Shown here: one piece after another, positions 22,842 to 34,181 of the stretch
How the letters are laid out: every line of letters starts with the position of its first letter
How positions within the stretch are numbered: position 1 is the stretch's first letter
DNA from: Intoshia linei
Lineage: Eukaryota; Animalia; Orthonectida
Length of the DNA: 34,998 bases
Direction: 5' to 3'
Assembly (NCBI GenBank): GCA_001642005.1
Contig: LWCA01000273.1
Span: 1-34,998, forward strand
The notes under the pieces: model-generated
What the model saw: only the letters and a program-made list of their open reading frames with translations
The model's database searches: none
Told to the model about the DNA's origin: nothing
Program-made: the position numbers and the translations under genes

Positions 22842-25800
22842 CTAAATTTTATAAGAGTATCTGTTATAAATGGTCATTAAGACCAAAAATGTAATTGTGA
22901 GAGTGATGAATAGCAATAAGCACACTGGAAGCATTGTTTGGATAACTATTCGTTGAGTGGCTGGTTTTTTGGTTGTTGTTTCAACTAAATTTTGAATTAT
23001 TATAATAGATATATAATACATTGTGTAGCTAATATTGAGCTATATTTTTGTATACTTTTATTGGCTCAAAATGTAATTTAGTCCATAAACCCTATTCTAC
23101 CTTTAAATTTCCATCAATAATTATGATAATTTGATTTTTACGATGAGTCAAAAAAGTAATGCAGAGCAGTAGTATACTAGGGAATGATATCCGATTAATC
23201 GAAAACCCGGTTAATCGCTTACAATAATCGGAGAAAAACAATCGGAATATATTTCGAATAATCGGATTTTCAAAAATTTATATATGAATACTAATCTGCT
23301 TTTTTGACCGTGAAGTCATCACTTATTCGGATTTAATTTTTTTGTGTGTTTTAACAGGATACAACTGTACCACCAGAGCCGTTTTAAGGCATGGGCAATA
23401 TGGGCTGTAGCCCAGGGTCATTCATTAAAAAAGGCCACCAAATTAATAAAAGTACTTTACACTTTATATCTTACAAAGATCCCCACAATTTATTAAAAAA
23501 TACATCACATTTATATCTTAAGAAACATTTTACAAGTTTTGAAGTGTGGGAATTCAAATAGCTAGAAAGAAAATAGTTTAAAGAATATAAGTTCTGGTAA
23601 ATATTCAATTTAAAATATATTATACAATGTTCATCATATAATATTGACATAAAAACTGTTTCAAATGATAATATTAAACATTAAAACCTTTCTATTAACT
23701 GAATATTCAAAAAAGGGGCTTCTAGAAAGGAAACCTAAAATTTTTTTATCGCTTCGCTCGAATTTTTTTTTAGAAATACTTTTTTGCTTCGCTCAAAACT
23801 TTAAAGGGCCTCCGGTCCTTTGTTTAGCCCAGGGCCACGAAATGGGTTATGACGGCTCTGTGTACCACCTGTAAAATTTTTTAAATTCTAGGGCTGTTTT
23901 CATTAAAAAAGCAGGGTAATTTGGGGTTTTGGCCCTGAAGATATAATTTTTTTAAATTTAAATTTATGATAATGTTTATGATTTTATTATCCGTATCAGC
24001 GTATATATATTTTTAAATTCTCCAACTAATTTGATTTTCAAAAAGATGGACAATTCGGTTTTTGACCCGTAAGATGTGAGTTTGAGATGTTGAAATTTAT
24101 CTTATTATATGCCCCGGAAAAAACTGTCACTGAAATGTGGACTTTATAAAATTCTAAGACTAGTAATTATTTTAATAAAGTGGAACCCACACACAAACAA
24201 AAATTGCATAGCATATTATATAAATAAGGATTATTGGTTTTTATGTTAAAAATTTTAAATTCCGATTAATCGGATAATCGTTGTTCAAATAACCGGAATT
24301 ATTCAAATTTCAAATTTTCGAATAATCAGGACTCCATATAGTATACATATAACTTATATATGATATAAGCTACTCTAAAACAGTTTAACGAAGATAAAAA
24401 TTCAATAAATTTCAATGTTCCCAGGATGCTTTCCCTCGGTGTAAAGATATACTACTCCACCTTAAAGAAAATTATGACGTATAAAATAATGTATAAAAAA
24501 TGTTCGGAGTAAGGTCCAACATAATGGCTAATGAGTTTATAATAATTACGTCTAGAGTTAACAACAATATCTTTAAGTAAATGATTCCACATTGCATATG
24601 AATTCATTCTGTAATCTCTAAACATACGAGTGTTTGGATGGTCTATGCTTAAATAGCTCATATTTCCAAGTATACTAGAATACCATGTAATATTGTAGTT
24701 GTAAAATCGTTTTTGCAAGGGTGTCGGTTCCCTATATTTAATTTCAATTGAATATATCATTTGGTTGAACCAGTATGGTTCCCAACTTTGTCATTTTAAT
24801 TTAAGTAGGAAATAATATCACTTTATAATCCTATTTTAATATAAATTTTTGAAATGACGCTTGCCGACGGTATCATCCGTGGCTCGATCATGATAGATTT
24901 GGTTCTGTAAATTATACTAATTTTTATTTACCCAAATTTTGTAAAATTTGCCCACATCTCCTGCACTAGAGTACTGAGTTTAACGTCAATTTTAGTGAAA
25001 TTCTTTGCAATGGATTTAATGTAAAATTGATTTTCTGTTGATATATTGAACATGGGATATCCAAATAGATAATACATATCAGTTCGAGCAATAATGTCTT
25101 AATTACATTATTAATATTACTATATATATATATTTATAAACATCAACCAGATTTTTTAAGAATGACTAAAGTTTAGACTAAAGTAAAGTGGCCAGAAATT
25201 TTAAGCCGAAAATTTTTATTCGTCATCAATGATAGATAAGTAGTTTTGGCTTTAAATTTAACACCAAATAAACTAAAATTGATAGTATGCATTTTTTCTG
25301 GCCATTTTAACTAAAGGGAAGGAAATTACCCATAAAAATCGGAAAAACATTGCATACCCTAAAAAATATTGCAAATGTATAACAATAAGTCATCATAATT
25401 ATTATTTCATTTGTTCATGTGAATTTATGCGCCTTGCGCATGTACCAAAAAATGATTAACCCAACTGATGAACGATATTAGTAAATGGTACACTGAAAAT
25501 TAACCATAAAATTTAAATCTAACGAATAAATTAAAATTATTACCGATCCAGCTGAATCTGAAAGGTGAATAGTTAAAAACATAGTAATGTACACTATTAT
25601 TATTTTCCATCATATTCAGAACAGTGTCCTGTACGCAAGATCCAAACAAATGATCTGAAAACATCTAAATAACAATTGAGTTGATTTAATTCACAGGTTA
25701 CGTTCCAAGTTGGAACTACAACAAACCATTACATTGGAATACAATCCCATTTTGATTTTTTATAAATTCAAACTTATTAAAATTCTTAAATGTAATACCC

Positions 25801-28782
25801 TAAAAGTCTAAGAATTTCTCATTACGCCAAGATATAGTTAAGACAGAACTAGAACAACCACATTTAAAAATTGCAAAATATTTATTAGGTTTTTAGTAAA
25901 TTTACTAATTGTTAAAAAAATAGAATGTGAACTACACTATGTAACGCAGTATTGACTATGAGTCAAAGTCTGTGCCTAAATTTATAATGTACACAATATA
26001 GGCAGACGTGCATATAACAATAGAAATATGCAATGTAAAATATATAAAATTTACTAACAAAACTAGTTCCCGTTGCTCTTGACAAAATGCTCAATAAAAT
26101 AATTATTAAAGTTTATATACACATTGTGTACATTTTATTGATAAGTCGTACAATGTGTAAATTTCACAGTTGTACACATTCTATGCAACATATATAAACT
26201 TTAGATTATATAGCTACTAAGCGCTATTGATGTTATATTCTACCGAAAGGTTGGGAACGTTTAGAAGAGTAAAAATTACATATAATAAATTTTTGAGTCT
26301 AAAATTTGAATCTTTTCGATCGGTCCAAAATCGGTATTGATATAAAACATAGGGTAATATTTGTTCCAAATTGTAAATGGATTCATTTCGTTGGCGTACA
26401 TATTTTCTTACAATATCTTTAAAATCATTATCAGTGACATTTCCTTTTTCAATAATTTCATGAATCGACTTAAAATTTGTTACATTGGATGTCCCCAATC
26501 GTGGATTAGTTACATAGTATCCAATGTGCTTTTCAGGGTTTTTAAAATACATTTTAGTGTTCCATTCAACGTTCATTTTAAGAAATCTTTCTAAGGATTC
26601 ATTTATTTCAAATGAATATTTAAAAAATTATCATACCCATCACATGAGCGCCTTGGAATTTGTTTAGGCCAATTATTATTTTTTTAACATGGTTCGAATG
26701 TTTCACTCTTTTGTGTTTGTCATTGACAATACGATTTGTTCGTGTAAATATAATGTCATCCAAGTGAGTGACATTCTTCACACTATAAGTTTTACTTTCT
26801 AGAGACTTTTCAAATTCTTTAATATTTGGGCCAAAAGGAATCGAATAGAAGTGGGTCTATAATAAGTATTTATAAAATAAGAGTAGCAATAAGAATACGT
26901 CTGTTGTTTGGAAGCACCAACTCATTCAATACAATATTTTCGTTAAATGAAGGGATATATTTCTAACCCATAGATAAGAGTATGGTAAATGATATGGGTA
27001 ATCCAGTGATCCATGTTCGATCAAGTAAATTGGTGGATACGGGCGGAAAAAAATAGTTTAAATCTTGACTGTGGGTATGGGCGGAACGACTCAAAAAATT
27101 TTAATTTACTTGAAATTATTTTTTTAGTAATGGCACTACGTTTACATGGCTACTGTCTATGATACCGATGAATATATCGAAAAAGGTAGAAGATGTTGAT
27201 CATGATGTACTGTCGTAATGAATTAAATCATTTAAAAGACTACGGGCAATATATGAAAAGTATGATGGTGCCGGAGGGTAAAAATGCGTGTAGCGATCTA
27301 CCCTGTACCCAGTATACATTTTTAACTATCCTGTGAAGTTTACATGTCATTGTAAAGTGTGTAATTATAGAAAGCGATCTGAAATCGGTTCCCATCTTAA
27401 TTGGTGTCGCAGTGATACTACCTTGGAGCAATACATCATTCCAAACTAAAATTTAATTGGAATGAAAAGTATGAATATAAATATAATTGCATTTAAATTA
27501 GGTATGTGAAAGCGTCGGTTGAGCCTTGTTGTGGTAACTCTGGGTCATGACTCATGATACACTCACAATTATTACATTTACAATACCTCCTCATCTGGGT
27601 AAATTTTTTTAAATGACTCTGAAAAGTATTACCTAATGATAACCATGGAAACTAGAACAATGACGATTACATATGAATTGCATCGCGTGTGAAAACATTT
27701 ACCTTGGGTTCCACTTGATTCTGGGCGGCAACAATGTCATTAAAATGCTTGTATTTCAAACAGTGTATTAATTGTTTCGGTGATATATCGTTCCTTATAT
27801 AACAACCAACATGCCTTCCAAGTTCATGTGCATAATATGAGTCGTTAAAATGCTTATATAAATCCTTTGAATTTTCTCCTCCTTTTGACCAAATGCAATT
27901 ATCGGAACCACCCATCAAAATAGCCTTATTCATGAGATCAGGTCTGTGTTTAATCAATGTCGAAACAACACAAGAAGCTGACCCAGACCCAGCAAGAGTA
28001 ATTTTGGTATCGTCTCCATTGAAAAGACGTATATATTTTTTAATAAATTCCAATGCCTTTATCACATCATACAGACCATAATTTCCTCGACTGTTTTCAT
28101 CTTGAGTCGATAAATATCCCAAAGCACCTACTCTATACGATAACGTAACCACTACAATTTCATTTCTAGCCAAAATATGCCCTGGCCATAGAATGGGATC
28201 CGAAATTTTGTGAAATATGCTTTCCAATACAATTAAAACTGCATATTTTTTGTTGATAAAAGTATAGTCTGTAAAATTGGGAGAAAATATATTTAAATGC
28301 AGACAATCTTCGCTAATGTTTCTTTTTAACGTAAATCTGTCTGCAAAAAAATTTGTATCGTATGGACATGCAGAACGGAAATAAGAAGCGTCCCATATTC
28401 TATTTCCTCTTCCCCATCCATTGTGTAAATTCATTGGTTTCCTAAATCTCAATTCTCCTATTGGTGGTTGAGCGTACGGAACTCCTAAAAAAATGTTTAC
28501 ATATCTACGTGCAGATAATATTGAAGTCGTAATTTCAGGTTCATATGTCATTGATCGACCAATTAATAAGCCTATGCCATCGATGCTAACATGGATTTCA
28601 TCATATGGTTGATATGGTGGTTCCGGTGTGTTGCAATGTGATGATTCCGAAGTTTCGTTGCAATACAAGTAAACTAAATTTCCGGGGTATCTATACAATA
28701 TATCGTTGTTTACGAGTGAATGGGTAATTATTAGGAATTCAAAAATGAAAAATCTATAAAAATGAACGTTTAAAAATATCAT
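22842..28782 (-). CDS. Neuroligin-like, catalytically dead carboxylesterase-fold type I membrane protein (740 aa, 7 exons)
   Basis: Exons 28782-27703, 26856-26637, 26590-26280, 25664-25544, 25097-24932, 24731-24550, 22984-22842 sum to 2223 nt in frame. Motifs FLGVPYAQPPIGELRF, SEDCLHLNIF, GNYGLYD, GSGSA elbow, QYRFWTD...RLKNLLYMFSDH, WANFTKFG, DYRMNSYAMW, Thr-rich stalk and TM helix. Confidence 0.87.
23280..24230 (-). mobile_element. 3'-truncated Helitron family copy, interrupted by a MITE
   Basis: Colinear with 17225-17671 on both sides of 23374-23860. 5' end A|TCCTTATTTATATAATATG at 24230. Confidence 0.88.
23374..23860. mobile_element. Inner hAT MITE (CAGAGCCGT TIR)
   Basis: TIR CAGAGCCGT / ACGGCTCTG, perfect TSD TGTACCAC, subterminal TAGCCCAGGG at both ends. 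Empty site visible in sister Helitron copies. Confidence 0.93.
25187..25306. mobile_element. Small MITE, Kolobok-like
   Basis: Inverted ends AGTGGCCAGAAA / TTTCTGGCCATT flanked by GTAA and TTAA. Confidence 0.45.
27146..27480 (+). pseudogene. Possible decayed hAT transposase dimerization-domain fragment in neuroligin intron 1
   Basis: Less AT-rich stretch. One frame reads SDLKSVPILIGVAVILPWSNTS, similar to the hAT C-terminal pattern FP....L....+.LP.S.AS. Heavily disrupted. Confidence 0.25.
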
Positions 28783-28927
28783 TATGATGAAAATCAGTGA
28801 AGCGTGGATCTATAACAACAGTATAGAAACTTTTTATTAAATTTTAATAGATTTTTTAATGATTTCACATTTAAATCATTTTAATTGATAGATTTACATT
28901 AAATATTCATACTTGTAGTTTATAGAT

Positions 28928-29284
28928 CAGTGTTTCTTCATCTTTTTTACTTCAGGGCGCACCTTAAATTTTGATATGAAGAAAACATTTGATAAAAAAT
29001 ATGAAAAGATTAAAAACGATAAAATATAAAATTTTAATAATTATACAAAAATTTAATAAAAACATTTGATCTATGATGAAATTTTAATATTTTTGGTGTT
29101 CATAGTATTTAATATATATTATATTAACATAATGTAAATAGTAACTACCAAAACTTTTATCAAAAAATTGTCAATGTAAAATTTTGACATTTATTTTTAA
29201 AAATTTTACAAAATAAAGTCAGATTTTTTTACGGCGCACCTGAACTCTACTCATTTCTCACAAGTGCCCGCGGTGCACCAGTTA
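28928..29284. mobile_element. hAT MITE, right end truncated
   Basis: TTATAGAT|CAGTGTTTCTTCA left end; GGCGCACC / GGTGCACC subterminal motifs at both ends. Sequence stops at CCAGTTA where a Tc1-like end begins. Confidence 0.65.
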
Positions 29285-29563
29285 CAGTTAGTCAATTATT
29301 ACAATTAATGATTAATTAATAACAGTATTAATTACATTATAATCATTATATATTGATGATATTACAATTTGATGCTGAGTTTACAGGATAAAATATACTT
29401 AATCAAATTACTGATTGTTCATCAACGATATATTGTCACAGTTAAAAATAATTTTATAGACAAATTTGGAGTTGACAGATTACCATCAAGAAGGACTGTT
29501 TACCGCCTAATGCAAAAATTCGAAAAACGGGGCGTACTAAATGTGATTGAAATGCAAATATAA
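29285..29563 (+). mobile_element. Tc1/mariner-type transposon 5' relic (DUF4817-like HTH)
   Basis: ORF LSLQDKIYLI...VTVKNNFIDKFGVDRLPSRRTVYRLMQKFEKRG matches the N-terminal HTH of Tc1/mariner transposases. TA|CAGT terminus at 29283-29288. Confidence 0.62.
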
Positions 29564-29647
29564 GAAAAAATAAAATTATTAACTTTAAAGTTTAAATTAA
29601 TATCGTGTTGTTGAAATTATGTAGATATAAACGATAACATACAATGT

Positions 29648-29948
29648 AATATTTTGCGTTAAAATAAGATCAAACCAATGATATTCTCATCTAATATGTC
29701 TAGATTTGATTAAAATATTAACACTTATATAATAAAGTACTTAACCCTAAAATAATATTGTGCGTTTAAAATTTGTAATAACAATAACACATAATTTAAT
29801 GTTTTGCGTTAAAAAATAAGATCAAACCAATTATATTACTTATATGATGTGTCTAGATTTGCTGAAAAAATTAACACTTGTATAATAAAGTACTGAGCCT
29901 TAAATTTGTTGTGCATTTAAAATTTGTTCTAAACAAATACATTTTAAT
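29648..29948. repeat. Tandem duplication, 2 x ~150 bp
   Basis: TTTTGCGTTAAAA...TAAGATCAAACCAAT...TGTCTAGATTTG...TTAACACTT.TATAATAAAGTACT...TTTAAAATTTGT starts at 29652 and again at 29802. Confidence 0.9.
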
Positions 29949-30238
29949 CATTTTGTATAAAAGATTGAATAGTAATTTTAATTTATAATTAATTTATATA
30001 TATGTATATTATATAATGATTCATTCCATTTTATCTACTAAACATTTATTCTAGAATCTAGGTATATTTCAAAAAAAGCTTAAGTCTTAAAATATCAATT
30101 CAAAGCGAATTTTGATCAACTTAAAATTAATATTTGCTCAAAATTTATATAGAATATGTTGACTTAACAGATGTCTCAACCTTGTGATTATTAGATCTCA
30201 AGACATTTATTATTAATCATGATGTATAAAGTTTATAA

Positions 30239-30415
30239 CAAGAGTTCCCACACTTTTTTCACTACGGACTGGTAATAACTTATAAAAGGTATCGCGGACC
30301 ATTAAGTGAAATTACTAGACAACTTTAATAAAAAACATAATAAATTGACTTTTGAATTAGTAAAAAATTTTTCACGGACCAGTACTGATCCGCGGATGGT
30401 ATTTGAAAAACGCTC
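30239..30415. mobile_element. hAT MITE (sister of 4569-4746, opposite orientation)
   Basis: Perfect TSD GTTTATAA. Degenerate TIRs CAAGAGTTCCCA / TGAAAAACGCTC. Confidence 0.85.
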
Positions 30416-30720
30416 GTTTATAATAAAATCATTGCAGCACAACAAAAATTTAAAAAATGAGTTAATAATAAGTAAAACAAAAACTAAACAGTTTGAATAC
30501 AAATATAAAAACCGACGAGAATGTAAAAATCAATGAATAACTATAATTAAGAATTACTTTTAATTTGAATCATTAAAAACTAACTACTCAATATACGTAG
30601 CCAATGTACACAAAATATTGTACATTGTGTTAAATACATTTGTTAATTTATTATAACTACAATACTAGAAAATTAAAAATATTGGTATTTTTAAATTGAA
30701 ATAATATTGAATAAACAATT

Positions 30721-31734
30721 ATGGCTCAAATATACGAGAGAAAACGATTCCATGAATTGGCCCAAGCATTATCAAAGAAATGTCATTGTAATAATTTTTT
30801 TATTTTTATTATATAGTTATATTTTTAGTCAATAAACCTGAAATTGAAAAATTGTTGGTTTTGTTTAGTAAACTATCAGATGGAAAAAATAAAATGGATC
30901 GAGTCACATTTTTTGAATTTTTGTATAAAAATTTCGATATTATGGATGATATGATTGCTGGAAGAGGTGATTTTGGATTTTATAAACATTTTCTGAGGAT
31001 AAATAATGTTATTTTAGTATTTCGGATATTTTCATTTCGTAGTAATGATGGAAGACTAAGTGAAGAAGAATGGATAATGGGGTTATCTACATTTCTCAGA
31101 GCAACACTAGAAGAGAAATGCAAATGTAACTATAAAAAATTAATCAAATACTCTTGACTCTCTTTATTCATCCTTTAATATGGGGAAGCGTTTCCAAATT
31201 TGGTTAGTAGAATATTCAAAGGGGCACAATTTACCATTTTTTTTAAATAATATTATAAGATTAAGTATTAGAACCGTAATTATCACATTATATTTAAAAA
31301 CTTAAAAATGTTTATACATGTGAATGATTAAATTTTATCATAGTCATTTTCCAAATTTATGATGTAAACGCCGACAACTTAATAACTCGTGACGACATAT
31401 TTCATTTTGTAAAGAATAGCATATTAAAGGTAAATTTAACAAAATACTCGGTAAAACCTTACTAGCAAACATCAGACGAAGAACCAGAAGAATCTGTAAA
31501 AGACCTGATAGATCGAGTAATAATATTACTAGATCACAATAAAGATGGAGTAATAAGTTACGAAGATTATGAAACTTCCGTTAAAAATGATTATATTGTA
31601 GCAGAAATATTAGGTTCCTGTACACCAGATGTCGAGGTATTATATATAAAAATTATTCCAGTAAACTTTTATAGAAATCACAACAATTCACGGATAATTA
31701 TTTAGTTAATAAAAAGAATAATTTTCTAATGTAA
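30721..31734 (+). CDS. EFCAB1: Calaxin / EF-hand calcium-binding domain protein 1 (6 exons)
   Basis: HFNKPEIEKL..LF, MDR..F...L...F.I.DDMI..RVFR.F, EW..GLS.FLR.TLEEK, YDVNAD..ITR, NSILKQ.SDEEPEE.VKDL, LDHNKDG.ISY.DY, E.LG.C.PD. Confidence 0.9.
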
Positions 31735-32206
31735 AAATTATGTTTTAAAATAAACCATCACCAATGTATCTTGTCAAGTAAATATCATAATACAAGGATA
31801 TTATAACTAAGCTACAAAGGAATATATAAATTAATTAGACCGTAAATTATACTAACCAAATTAGATAGTTAACCTGGTTTAATGTCTAGACGAGTACAAT
31901 ACATTTCGAGGTGCTATGCACCATACCATTAAATGCTAAGTTTAGGTCCGTTTTTGTAAATATCCCCTTACTTGATCTTATAAAGGTATTAGAATTTCGA
32001 TAATTGCATATTATACAATACATAATTACAATTATAAATCATTCAAGAATAATGAGTAAATGACTAAAAAAATGTTTATTTACATCACAGCAACCGCATC
32101 ATTGACTGCAACAATTAGTTAATCTCACAATAAAAATATAAAATGTTAACAATTCAATAAAATCACCATGTAAAAGGCGCAAACTCAAAAATTTGAGATT
32201 TATAAA

Positions 32207-34072
32207 ATGGATTCAAATTACGATATAACAGTTAAAACCAAAATTAAGAGAAATCGAAAACTTCGACAACATAATCGTTTTAAAAATAGAAAAGTGGAAT
32301 TGGAAAAACAACGCAATATCAAAGAATGGTACAATTTTACAGATTGTGAAAACTTTTCATTAAATATAAGTGAATATTCTGGAAACATTTCAGATAAAAT
32401 GGATATAAACACAAACAACCAATATCAATTTGACAATTACAATAAAAGTAATCAAAATGCTCTAACAAGTACACCAGCACAAAATGGCTTTAGGAAACTG
32501 AATATACGCCTTTCAGAAATTGACGAGGATGCGTGTATTTTGAATCTTAGCCATGTTATCAAAACAAACATTGAAAATCAAAATTCGTGCAATTTAAACA
32601 TTACCGTTGGGACAGTTAAAATTTTAGATTACTATAAAAAGGTAATTACTTTATTTAACCCTTTTCAACTAATTCCTCACTGCCGAAGAACGATTCAAAT
32701 TTCGATCAGAGTTTGAACTTGAGACCCTGTTGTTTATTTAATTCTATTGATAAACTGATTTTGTAAATTTAGATGCCATTACCTCTACCGAATAATTCTC
32801 ATTTTGAAAAATTTATACTAGACTTATTCCGACAAGAAAAATTTGATACCTTCACCAAAGTTTTTCAATCATGGTATAATATAGTGTATAATTTTTTTAC
32901 AAATTTTAGGCAAAATTTTTTTAAACTGGGCGAAGGTTCTTTTGGAGAAGTTTACAATGTCATGCATAATAATAAAAACATTGCCGTAAAAATAATTCCT
33001 ACCAATGGGCATGTTGAAATTCAAGCTAGAAATCAGTCTAACGAAGAAAACCAAAAGAGTGTTTTTGAAATGTTACCAGAAATTATTTGCTCAAAGATAT
33101 TGTCCCTCATTTCAATCAAAAACAATTCAAATTTTGTTGTTCTAGAGAGGTAAAATGTTATCAATTTGTATCAATAAAAAAATTTTTAAACATTTTTACG
33201 TAGAATGAGTGTGACGAAAGGAAAATATACCAAAAATATGATTGAAGCTTATAAGACTTATGACACTAAAAACGAATCAAACTATGACGATCCAAATAGT
33301 TATAAAAAAAAACAAATCTTTTTTGTTCTATCATATCAAAATTGTGGTATACCCATTGAATTTTTTGATGTAAGTCTTTAAATTAACAATCCATAACAAG
33401 TTTTATTTTTTATTTAGTTTAAAGACTACATCAAAGTTAACAACATTTTCAAACAAATTGTCTTAACGCTTGCTATAGGCGAAGTAGAAATACAATTTGA
33501 ACACCGAGATTTACACTTGGGAAACATACTTTTTGAAATAGAAGAACCACGCGTTATAAACTACAAAGTTGGATCAACCTTTTACCCAGTTGATAATAAT
33601 GGAGTTAAAATTACTGTAATTGATTTTTCACTTTCTCGGATGACGGTCAACGATCTAGTCTTTTTCAATGACCTTACTACCGATGAAGACTTATTTGCTG
33701 GGCCCCAGCACGATAAACAATTTCAGGCTTATAGGGAAATGAAAAAACATATTAAAAAGTAATTTTTATAAGACAGTACAATCTCGGTGCAAGAACCGAT
33801 ATGAGATCATTTAATTGATTAATTTTAGTGATAATTGGAAAGAATTTACACCTTATACAAATATCATATGGCTGAATTATATCTTATCCTCATTTATTGA
33901 ATATATATCCACGTATAATCAAACATTAAGAATTCAAAGCAAAAAATATACCAAAGAAATTAAAGAAATCAATACCATATTACGCCATCTTAGACACCTC
34001 AAATTAACAATTCTCAAATTTGAATCTGCTCACAATTTCCTATCTCATCCATTTTTCAAATCAGATTTGTAA
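32207..34072 (+). CDS. HASPIN: Haspin serine/threonine kinase
   Basis: KLGEGSFGEVY, AVKIIP, LPEIICS, FEHRDLHLGNIL, IDFSLSR, LF.G...QF..YR.M and W..F.PYTNIIWL.Y are haspin-specific. Basic low-complexity N-terminus. 5-6 exons. Confidence 0.93.
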
Positions 34073-34181
34073 ATATTATTTTTCTGTATTTATTAAATGT
34101 TTATTATATAAATAGAATATGCAGCCATTGTTAGTTATTACGTTTCAAAAGTAAAATTTAATTTAAATGTACGGTTAAACT

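Larger units (their letters stand above)
23178..24338. mobile_element. Outer hAT-like MITE (TAGGG-type) hosting a Helitron
   Basis: Perfect 8-bp TSD TAGTATAC (23170-23177 and 24339-24346). Degenerate ends TAGGGA / TCCATA. Both arms carry CCGATTAATCG and AATCGG repeats. Confidence 0.72.

Noticed and set aside
23665-23874. 69-aa track ORF
   Set aside because: Lies in the inner MITE with no recognisable motif.
26783-26795. Apparent 13-bp intron in neuroligin exon 2
   Set aside because: The frame reads through cleanly (LESKTYSVK); no splice needed.
30302-30536. Overlapping 66 and 76 aa ORFs
   Set aside because: Chance ORFs across a MITE and its flank.
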